This document shows, piece by piece, positions 51,801 through 61,716 of a stretch of DNA of 64,000 nt. The number at the start of each line of letters is the position of its first letter. The first letter of the stretch is position 1. Under the pieces are notes generated by a model that was not told the origin of the DNA, did no database searches, and worked only from the letters and a program-made list of their open reading frames with translations. The DNA is taken from NCBI GenBank assembly GCA_040285855.1, contig JAUFOQ010000006.1, positions 62,001 to 126,000 on the forward strand. Direction: 5' to 3'. Origin of the DNA: Eukaryota sp. GEM-RC1. Its lineage: Eukaryota. A program made the position numbers and the translations under genes.

Positions 51801-53529
51801 GATTAGTGAAACTACTGCATTGCCCCAGTCACCAGTAGCTACAAGTACTTTGGATTTGTCATCTTGGACTAAGTCGTATTGTACTGCCTCTTCTCATACT
51901 GCTAAATATTTAGGACAAAATGTTCAAATCTTAAATTTTACACGTGAAGAAATGAGAACTTTCTATGTTGTTTTTTCATTTGAATCAAAAATTGCCATTG
52001 GAACGTTGAATATAGACAACGACGTTGTCGAAACTCTCCATACAGAATTTTTTTCTGCTAATACTCCTACTCCTACTCCTACTCCTGTGTTGAATGTTAC
52101 ATTACGATTTGTAGTCTACAACATTGATAAAGAACTCCGAAGGTTCAGTCGCAGTATTGATGATGATAGACCACAGTGTAAACCATTTGACAATCAATTG
52201 ACTATGTTTGCACTTCATCATCAATTGCTTTACCAGGCCATACTGATTGCTTTTGAAGGGCCCATATTTATGATTCAATACAAGCCAAAAACAGACAAAC
52301 GAAAGACTATTCGACAAGTATTACCGTTGCCGTTGGCCAGAGACAGTTTTGATTCTCAATGTATTGACATGGCTGCTGCAAAAATTGTTTTGTTGTCGCA
52401 ACGAAGACTCTGTTGTTGATCATTTTTGTGCAGGAAGATGAAAAAAATTGTGTTAATTGTTCAGAATTATCAACATTAATGGATTTAAACATGTCTGAAA
52501 TTGATCGTGACGAAGAATTCAAAAGTTTGAAGTGCTATGACGATTTCGTTCTAGTTGTCGGCACTTGTTCCATCCGAAAGTTAGACTTGTATGAAAGGGA
52601 GCTGCTTGGTGAACAACCTGTATGGGAATTTTGCTCCTGTCACAAAGATGACAGAATTATAGATGCAGTGTATGTTAAGCATTATGACACAATAATGTAC
52701 ATCACGGAATTTGGGTTCTGTGTTGGTTTCGGTTTGAAACTACCAAAGAAACAGATTCAATTTATTATTGATTGTTCAAGTGGTGAGTTCACAGGTCAAC
52801 TGTTAAAAATCGATTTTTGCAATGATTTAAATTCTTTCATTGTTCTGAAAAGGATGGAACACTGTTAATGCTTTCAGCATTATCTGTGATTGGTATTTCT
52901 GGTGTACCATTAGAAGTTCATGATGTTCGCTCTTGTGATTCAAAAAATATTTACGAACAACGAAGTCTTGAACTACATGCTTTAACTGTTCAATCGACTC
53001 AACAAGTTCAACAAGTTGAGATTCCTGTTGTTGAAGAAAGTGCTCATCCCATCGACATTGATACGACGAAAAGACTTCAGTTTCTTTCATCTAGATGGAG
53101 TGTTGATGAAAAAATGAACAAGGTGAAGCATTTGTTGACTATATTTGAGTTACAAAAGTTGTAATTACAACTGATTCAGTTGAAAAAGTAAGGAAACTTT
53201 CAAGGCTTGTTTCTGAGGTTGCTTTTAAAGTTGTGACACTAGAGGGTGGAAAACCACGAAAGATTACATCAAGTCTGAAAATATTCGATGAACAGACTGA
53301 TCCTGTTTTATTGATCAGTACTACTCAATTAGCGGTTAACCATTCTGTTCGGGCTGATCTTTGTATAATCTTTGATCTGCCAAATGATGCCAGACATGTT
53401 TACAATTTGTATGAACATAATCAAAAAATCGTTGTCTTTTACGATTCTATCCGTGATAAGGACAAAAAGCAAAATTTGGAAAAACACTTCTTTAGACCCT
53501 CAGGATTGCAAGCACTTGATTTTATATAG
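45854..53529 (+). CDS. ~2550-aa polyprotein: 47-aa repeats, 2A peptide, CCHC knuckle, DEAH/RHA helicase, long unknown region, degenerate helicase-C-like end (many 1-nt frameshifts)
   Basis: DVEQNPGP, CLFCLLPGHSYNDC, GQTGSGKS, IVCQPR, MVDEVHER, ICSATM, LVFLPG, IVIATNIAESSLTIDGVKFVIDCG, QRSGRAGR. Consecutive + ORFs link mostly at homopolymer runs. Full continuity is inferred. Confidence 0.75.
45886..46461 (+). repeat. 4 x 141-bp near-identical tandem repeat upstream of the first 2A motif
   Basis: CCACATC phase at 45891, 46032, 46173, 46314 and 46455. Confidence 0.95.
46463..46513 (+). other. 2A-like ribosomal skipping (StopGo) peptide WKRDLSIDGDVEQNPGP
   Basis: Exact D(V/I)ExNPGP consensus, in frame with ORF 45854. 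Confidence 0.88.
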
Positions 53530-53998
53530 TCTTTCAATAATTCATTGATGTTTTTTTATTATGTAGAACAATATAATAATTATAAGTCTTTATTACAATT
53601 TTTCTTTATTTATCAATCAACGAAGAAGTTGATTGATTGGGTTTATCTGGTCTAAATTTATAATTTATTCCATGATTTTTCACATAAACTATGCGACCAC
53701 ATCTACACTGAATATGTAACAAATTGGTCTGGTTTTATATGTCACATTTTCTGACATACTAAATCTGTAACAAATTTCTGTCAGATTTCAGGTGGATGAA
53801 ATTCACGGATTGTTCTGTGTGTAATAACTATGTAACAAAACATTGGTATTCAGACTACGTCTGACACAGTTCAAACTGCAAAATTGAACATTGTAATATT
53901 GTACAATTATTATTGTTTATTTGCTGTGTTATTCTTATATGTTTTACAAAATTATAAATACATCTATATTGTACTATTTATTCTCTATCACTGTCAAT

Positions 53999-55524
53999 TC
54001 ATTTTTTTAAAAGTCTTTTTGATTCCAAAAGCACTTGCAGTGGTTTTAATTCTTCGTTTTCCTGTTTTTTCCCTAAAACTTCATTTTCGTCTTTTGTCTT
54101 TGACGATTTGTTTTCAAATTTTGTTGTTGAACCATCAATTACATTTTGTTCTGTCACCAAGTCAGGTTGTACACTCTGAAGTAGATCATACATAACAAGA
54201 CATAGATTTTTTCTTGATCTGTTAGTGTTTAATTTTGTCTGATTTTGTTCCTGACGTGCATCAACCATTAATCCTTGTAAAATTAAAGTAACATTCAAAC
54301 AGACAATCCATCCACAGATAAGAGACGATGTTGACTGTGCAAAAGGTATATAGTAGTCCACCTTATACTCTGGTAATCTTGCAAACAGATTTGTTTCCCC
54401 ACATCCATAAACAGTTCTAAAAGGATTAACGATTAATTCAGTGGTTAATGAATAATCCAAAGAATCATAAATATTGAATAATAAAACATTTGCTTCATTT
54501 AGAAACAATTCAATAAGAATCCAATGACCAGATCCTGCATCACCAGGAACATGTTCTTTCACCAAACATAATGGGGCAAGAATTCTTTTCCTGATTTTAG
54601 TGTATCGACAATAGCCTTACCAGAATGTAAGGCATAGCATATTGGATCACCTACCAACTGTTGAGTTTCTTGAGATTGCAGGAATTTGTACCTACTTGAT
54701 TTAAATTTTTGGAATGCAAGCATCACAATGAAATCAAGTTCAGAACTCAACAAGAGTTGTGTTTTACCTTCCCTATCATCCTTTGTCAACATTTTCTCAA
54801 TATCACTAAATTCAAATTTTAATTTTGAATTTATGTAAAACTGATCACTGATTAAATCTACAGAAAGAATCAACGGGTTACGTTGTTTTTTGCGTTTCAT
54901 AGGTTTAGATAAATTAGCATTATCACTGACTGGAACAGGAACTATTTCAGATGGTTCAGAGAAAATAGAATGAATATGATTGATTGCGAAGTTATCAATA
55001 CGACGTTTTGGTGAAGGAAAAACGACTTGCGATGGAGTATCGTCAAAGCGAGTATTGTCACAATCATGTAAAAGAGGAGGAGACTGAGGCTGAGGAGGAG
55101 GAGGGGAACGAGCAATTGTAACTCGTTTAACGTCTTTGAGTAGATCCTTAAGATGATTTAGAGTTGAAGTTGTTGAAGGAAGTGGAAGAGATATGTCACG
55201 CTTCTCATAAGAACCATCAAAAGGAAAGAGATGAACAGTTTCTAGATCAACATCTAGCACAATGGCAACGGCTGATTTGTAGTTGAGGCAAAAATCCATG
55301 GTACCCTTTTTAAGATCATCTGGTAAGTCAGATGTTGACACTTCCGTTATGTGGATGGATTTAGTTCTCCATGAATTGTATGTTCCATAAGGAAGAAGAA
55401 CAAGTGACAAGTTAACTGCATGCTTATCAGCAAGCTTTACAACAAGTTTCATATATGTTTTGATGGTACGGGAACGACTTTCTTGTTCAGAAGTATTTCT
55501 GAGTTTGAAGATTGAGTAGGACAT
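53999..55524 (-). CDS. Ulp1/SENP-like (peptidase C48) cysteine protease with N-terminal extension, frameshift near 54570
   Basis: GSGHWILI (His), IYDSL (Asp), AQSTSSLICGWIVC (Gln, Cys). Upstream LLSSELDF lies in ORF 54559-55524. Confidence 0.78.
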
Positions 55525-55638
55525 GGGAAATTCTGATATAGACTTTATTACAGTTTTCGTTTTTTAACACGTGAATTCACACACACATGTCCATTACAGT
55601 CTGTGTGGGATTTCATTTTCCTTCCTCCTACAGTATAA

Positions 55639-58600
55639 ATGTCGTTTGTTCTGCATCCAAACAGATGTTGTCCGCCATTCTGTCCTTATCTGACTCAACT
55701 TGTGACTGACTCCATTGCACGGTTTCGGGCTCAGTTGAGTTTAGATAAGGACAGTTCTTTCCCTCCACTGCCTCCACTTCTGTTGCTTCGATAATGCCGC
55801 CATTCTGTCCTTATCTGACTCAACTTGTGACTGACTCCATTGCACGGTTTCGGGCTCAGTTGAGTTTAGATAAGGACAGTTCTTTCCCCTCCACTGCCTC
55901 CACTTCTGTTGCTTCGATAATGCCGCCATTCTGTCCTTATCTGACTCAACTTGTGACTGACTCCATTGCACAGTTTCGGGCTCAGTTGAGTTTAGATAAG
56001 GACAGTTCTTTCCCCTCCACTGCCTCCACTTCTGTTGCTTCGATAATGCCGCCATTCTGTCCTTATCTGACTCAACTTGTGACTGACTCCATTGCACGGT
56101 TTCGGGCTCAGTTGAGTTTAGATAAGGACAGTTCATTCTGTGTTTTATCAACACATACATTTGTTGCCATGAAGTACTCGTCTCCCCTGTTTATCCCTTC
56201 CCATCCTCCGTTCCCAAAAGACCTCACCGCTGATGGTGATATTGAATCCAATCCAGGACCCGTAACTCAAGAAGCCATAAACTCAGTTTATCCTAATCAA
56301 TGGGTTGATGACGAAGCGATAGTGGAGTACTGTAAAGTGATATTTCAACAAGCAGGGTTAGACTTTGAAAGCATGTTTATCCATCCGACCACATGGCTTC
56401 AATACATTGTTTCACCAGATGTCCCGCTAGATCAATGGTTGTTGACGAAAATTCAGCGAAATCAAAGAACAAACTCCAAATATCTCTTTGTTCCCCTTAG
56501 TGATACCATGACTAGAAATGCTAATTATTCCAGAGAAGGTGTCACTGGTTCTATTGGGGTTTAGCCATTATAGACTGTTGTGAAAAGGAATGGATCTTCA
56601 TTGATCCGATGTTAACTACCGTCGATATGAGTAAGTCTATGGTAAAATCAGCTGTAGACATAATATCCGAACTACTTGTGCCATGGGGGTATGTTTTCCG
56701 TTATGTGCCTGTGACTAAAACACAATCTGCTAACGACTGTGGAGTTTATGTCATTGCGTATATTCAAAAATATGTTGAACTTTTTAAAAGACTCACGTAT
56801 GTTCCGTCTCTAATGTATTTGGAAACTTATTTGGTCCAAGTGAACATTGAACTTCAAGCAAACATATTTTGTGAAAAAATTCTGGAGGTCTTGTCTCAAC
56901 AAAGAACACTTTATCTACAACAACGTCAAACCACAGTAGCTCCTATTGTACCATCGTTACCCATTCAACCTCCTGCCGGTAAAGAACATCCAACCACTTC
57001 AATTCCTCTCACAGGTTCACGTCTTGCTAGCACTAAAGCATCTACTGGTTTAAGCACTAAAAAAAGTAAAGCCAAAATTTCTGATATTCCATCACCACGA
57101 GGTTCACCTTTAATTCAACGAAATAAATTTAGAACTACCAGCTCCCTTGTTTCAACTGGTGACACTCCAATGCGAAAGACTCACCGCCGTATGTCCACAT
57201 TGGAATCATCGGAATTACCATCATCTGAACTATCATCGCCATCTGAACTATCATCATTAACTGAACTACCACCATCTGAACTACCACCCAAATCACAGGC
57301 CTCCATTATGTCGTATCCATCGCCAATTCAAGAAGAAATCCATAAAATGGAAGTAAATCTACACACTGAGCCTATCGAACAAGAAATACAAATTCAAGAC
57401 TTTCTTAATTCCCCTTTACTTTGGAACAATCTGCCAACTTTTTGTTTAATTCATGTTCAAAGTGATTTTGCCAAAAAGAAAGAATTAATGGCAAAAATGT
57501 TCAACTTGTTCAAGATGATGATGACATTGAAACTGTTGAAGGTGAAGCTGAAAATCAATTAGAAGTTAAACGTGATTCTTCTGTTGATCCGATTGTATCA
57601 ATTTCCATCCAGATCATTGATCACAATGAGTTTAATGAAAAACATTTATTTTCTCATGGCAATTTTGATACTACAAACTTGGATTTGTGTACTTTACATA
57701 TTTCAGATAGTGAATCCAGTATGCTTAAAAACTTCATCTCCTTCATTACTCAACATTGTCCACGATTGTTTGTGAGTTATGACTTTCACTTAGATACATT
57801 TCCCTTTCTTGTATCACGTTGTCAAGTCCTCAAAATCAATACAACGTTTACTTTTCCAGAATTTAAACCCTATATTCCCTTTTGGTTCAACAAATGGTGT
57901 AAGGAAACAACTTTTGGTCCGTTTTTTAGTCTCGATTTGAATGCTGTACTGAAGAATTTTTATGTCTTTACTGGTGGCCGTTTTTTGGAAAATGTTGTTC
58001 AAATTTTTCTTGAAATGAATAATTTTTCTAAAAATGAAACTGTCAAACGCTTGGAAGAACTTAATCATGACTCTGATCCTGATGAAGTTCAATTGATCAA
58101 TAATGTCCAAAACTTGCATGGCATAATTGACAGTATTAATGTTTTAGTTCCAGACAATCCCAAAGTGAAGGTCGATAAGATTAAAAAGAAATTTGTAAGA
58201 AATTTGGAGAAAGTAAATGAACTTTGGGCCAAGGAATCGACAAGACCGCTATTGTTGATGAACTCAATTCAACAATTACCTCTGATTGAGTACTTGTTGG
58301 CTGACCTACTGGATCCCAAAAAACAAACATTACGTTCAAAGTCACCAATGAAAGTGGTTAAGAAACGACTAGACAATGTTGTATTCAAATCGAAGGTTAA
58401 ATTTATTGAATCTCGTGTTAAGAGAGCTCATCAAGTAAGAGTACGTGGTTCTCTCTTTTTGAAACATTTTTTGTTCATAATTTTCATCATTCGGGTATTT
58501 TAGGTTACATTAAGAAGTTACTGCCTGCTACTGTTCCAAATGTAACTGTTAAGGAAGAAATGAATTCTGATACAAATGAGTCAACTGATGAAGAAACAGA

Positions 58601-61222
58601 TGTACATTCAGAGTCTATCCATGCTGCTACTCCTCCTATTAAATTAGAAAATATTGAAGATGTGAGTGGTGAACCTGAACTTGACCTTTGGACCAAAATT
58701 CAAACTAACAAATTTGAATTGCCAGACTGGAAGAATTTTTTACGTTGAAATCAATGGAACAAGTGTTATCTATGATGACGATTAGGGACGAAAGACTTGT
58801 AAACAATCAGAATCATATTAGGACTGTAAAAGAGTCTTTAGAAAACATAACTTCTAAACCAAATGAGGCCTCAACTCAAAATCAGTTTGCTCAACACTTC
58901 TTGATGCATTACATTCCTCGTTTAGAACTAGCTGCTCGATCTGTTGGACTTGATAGGATTGTGTTTCCCAGTAGTCATCGTTTATCTCGTATATTGCATT
59001 ACATGGCTACTGAAATTATAACGAATTACAAGACTAACATGAGTGAACACTTTCACGAATATGTTTTTCAGGTATTTAATTTGGTTATCCTGAAAAAGAT
59101 AGACTTAACAAGCTTACTGATAAGAATCAACGACAAGAGTTGTGTACAAAGCTTAATGAAGTCAGACAGTTGATCATTAATGGGGAAATTTCAAAAATTA
59201 ATTTTCAAGATGTTGAAGTGTTTCCTGATCCCAATTCTAGACTGAGTTTACTATTTTTTAACTATTTGTTTACTTTTTTTGAAGGTAAAATGGAAAAAAC
59301 AATCTATTATGCTGAAAAAGTAGATCCTTTGAAATTCTTAAGTCATGCAGTGTATTTGAAACGTCTTGTTGAAGACTCTTGTACTGGTGTTACTGCCAAT
59401 AATCCTTTTCCTCTGACAAAATCATTGATTCCTAATCATATTAGGTTGGATACTTCATGGTTTAAAGAAGTTTATACATCAGAAATTAAAGGTAACTTTG
59501 ATGACGTTCGAAAAGATATTTGGCACTCAGTTTTGAAACCAAAGTGTCTTCCAAAGTCATTGTCTCATGACTTCAAATACAGTTCTATTTCTACAGATGG
59601 AGTTAGCTGTAGTTTAATGATGATGCGGAAAGATCTGCTTGATGGGAGAGGAAATCCTCATAAGAAGGTGAAAGCGGTTAACCACACCAGTACTGAAAGG
59701 TACATTGATTCTTTGAGTTCAACAGAAATTCAAAACTTAAATTTGAAATCAAAAAGAATTGTTGCTATTGATCCTAATCAGCATGATTTGATGTACTGTG
59801 CTTCTTTAAAATCTAAGGAGGAAAAGGAAATCGAAGGTTTCGATACATCAGCCAAACTCAGAAGAAGAAAGATTTCTCCAAAATCATCAAAGAAAAAAGG
59901 AAGCTTGAAAAAATTAAAAAATGAATTGAAGGATTGGAAAGACGCACCCACTATTGACAAACCATCAACTGTCAAGTTGAAAAATCGTGATAATTGGAAA
60001 GTATTCAGATACACTGCTGGGGAGCGCAATGCCGATATTAAAAAGTCTCCATGGAAAAGAAAAAAACAAGGAAGGAAAGAAAAAGAGCTAAGAGAAAGAA
60101 GAGGAAGCTGGAGAAGAAAATAAGACGATATAATCTCCACCGTTTATCTGAGTCCGAACGGTTACAACAATACTCTACCCAATTTATTCACATTCCAGAT
60201 GGCAGACGCATTGACATAAATGGGCAACAAATTTTAGATCAATGGGGCTCTAACTCACCAGGTAGTAAATCTTGTGAATTGACTCAGTATTCTGCTTTTG
60301 TTCTTGGTAAAGAAATTACCTGTTCCTTATTACGATCACCCACTACTGATCAAAGAACTACTGCAGGAATTTACGAAGAAAAGTGGTTTAGACGTAGACG
60401 CTTAACACAGTATTCAAGAAAGGAACGAAGTGAAAAAACATGCTTCACAGATTTGCTCTCCAGTTTGGAAACCCAGATGAAGTCATTGTTGGGTATGGAG
60501 ACTGGAACGACACTGCTTTTCGTCGAAGAAGAGGTAAAGCATCTACTGTGAAAGGTGTTTCAATTCGGAAATTATTGAAAAAATTTGGATTTAAAGTGTT
60601 CCTAGTTGATGAATTTAAGACCAGCAAATGTTGTTCTGCATGTGTTTCCAGAAACGACGAAGGTATCTGTTCCAATCCTGAAAGGATAAAAGTCACTGAT
60701 CCTCATTGGAAGAAGAAGTTACAGAAGGAAGAGAAAGAATTAAAAAAGGAAATTATGGAACACAATCAATTAGACAATATTGTGCAGCGTAACTTTGATG
60801 ATGAATGGACTGACCAGTTGCCATTATCGAAAGAAAGATTGAAGAGCAAAAAAGTCTCACCATGGGGCTTAGTTGAATGTGCTAAATGTCATGTCCTCTG
60901 GAATAGAGACTTCAATTCTGCTATCAATATTTACAATATTGTAGATGGAACCATTCAAGGTCAAGGTAGACCTGCCATCCTCGAGAGACCAAAATCTCAA
61001 ACAACACCTGTCGTGGATGGCGGGAATACAGATCAGATTCCTAAGAAAAAGACTGTGAGTAAGGGTAAGGGTAAAGCAAAGCGTCCTCTAACAAAAGTCA
61101 GAGGTCCTAACAAGTGTGGTATATGTTTTCAACCTGGACATAACAGAGCAACTTGTCCAAATAAGCCTAAGAAAGATGTACCCAAGGACTCACACGTAAA
61201 CCAGAAAGATCAGGAATCTTGA
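55639..61222 (+). CDS. ~1860-aa polyprotein: 42-aa repeats, 2A, Ulp1-like protease, S/P linker, degenerate PolB-exonuclease-like domain, Fanzor1 nuclease, CCHC knuckle
   Basis: Eight single-base restorations (~55761, 56541, 57475, 58470, 58740, 59095, 60042, 60435) join all + ORFs from ATG 55639 to TGA 61222 (5584+8=5592 nt, 1864 codons). Motifs: DIESNPGP; GHW/IDP/TQSANDCG; IVAIDPN, VDEFKTSKCCSAC, CAKCHVLWNRDFNSAINI; CGICFQPGHNRATC. Confidence 0.8.
55672..56134 (+). repeat. ~3.7 x 126-bp near-identical tandem repeat upstream of the second 2A motif
   Basis: CCGCCATTCTGTCC at 55672, 55797, 55923 and 56049. The first unit is one C shorter. Confidence 0.95.
56211..56261 (+). other. 2A-like ribosomal skipping peptide FPKDLTADGDIESNPGP
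   Basis: Exact D(V/I)ExNPGP consensus, in frame, immediately before the Ulp1-like domain. Confidence 0.88.
58348..61222 (+). CDS. Fanzor1-type (eukaryotic TnpB-like) RNA-guided RuvC endonuclease moiety
   Basis: YKTNMSEHF, IPNHIRLDT, ISTDGVSCS, RuvC-I D (59770), VIVGYGDW, RuvC-II E (60611), CxxC..CxxC, RuvC-III D in WNRD (60908), GRP. Confidence 0.92.
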
Positions 61223-61372
61223 ATCTATGAAGTTAGCCCGTCTTAAAAGACTTTGCGAATGAGGATATTTGTCTAATAATTTAGACATTTGTTCAAACTG
61301 TGAGTTTTGCTCTATATGAGATCATGAAAATGTGAAGGGTTATGCCCTTATGCATTTGGAATGAAATTCACA
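61223..61372 (+). ncRNA. Candidate Fanzor omega-RNA (scaffold to element end 61348, plus ~15-20 nt flank-derived guide)
   Basis: Lies between the Fanzor stop and the mapped element end. Hairpins TGTCTAA-taat-TTAGACA (61270-61287) and AAGGGT-tat-GCCCTT (61335-61349). The 5' boundary is unknown and may overlap the ORF. Confidence 0.6.
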
Positions 61373-61716
61373 GTACCAAAATCTAGGCGAAAAGTGATAT
61401 TCTTGAAGAACAGAATAACTGCAGAAAACGCCAATTTACAGAATCGGTTGCTGATAAAACCAACTCTTTGTATGAATGTCTGTAATTCTGTTTTCAGATT
61501 GTGATATTGAAAAGTACCTAAACCAGAGCAAGACTTCGCTGAAAGTTTGAGCCACTGAGACGTGATTGATAGCAATAGAGAGTCCTGGAGACGGATAGAC
61601 TTGGGAGACGTTAAAGTGGTGTCAGACGGTTGAGGAGAGGAGAGGGAAAGAATGTTATCATTATCCAGTACAGTGTCTGAAGGACGACTGGACTTTAATG
61701 GAGGTTCTTCAGTCAT
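61349..61716 (-). pseudogene. 5' part of the interrupted LRR gene
   Basis: MTEEPP...IRLQDSLLLSI...RVGFISNRF..AVILFF resembles the N-terminus of LRR paralogue 24742 (ICLSESLLTLI...TLGTVSLRV..ISSFL). The stop arises only on entering the element. Confidence 0.85.

Larger units (their letters stand above)
35092..61348 (+). mobile_element. ~26.3-kb TIR-less Fanzor-carrying giant mobile element
   Basis: TATG lies at both junctions (35088-35091 and 61349-61352). Removing the insert gives minus-strand CCA AAT GCA TAT AGT TAT (PNAYSY) and restores one LRR ORF. Cargo is unlike the flanking housekeeping genes. Confidence 0.9.

Noticed and set aside
58435..58503. Intron (GTAAGA...TTTTAG) separating ORF 57679 from the Fanzor
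   Set aside because: Splicing from that donor leads to a stop, and 69 nt is twice the local intron size. One extra T in the run at ~58470 gives a continuous Fanzor-like N-terminus.
55639..61222. Programmed ribosomal frameshifting or a variant genetic code explaining the split ORFs
   Set aside because: Breaks are 1-nt losses, nearly all in homopolymers. They also hit housekeeping genes, and internal copies carry the missing base. Assembly error is simpler.
35092..61348. Polinton/Maverick or endogenous virus
   Set aside because: No TIRs, integrase, intact PolB, packaging ATPase or capsid-like ORF recognised.
35092..61390. Canonical Helitron
   Set aside because: PIF1 and a 3' hairpin are present, but there is no HUH Rep, no 5' TC start and no CTRR at the mapped end. 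The CTAG at 61383 lies in host LRR coding sequence. A Helitron2-like relationship is not excluded.
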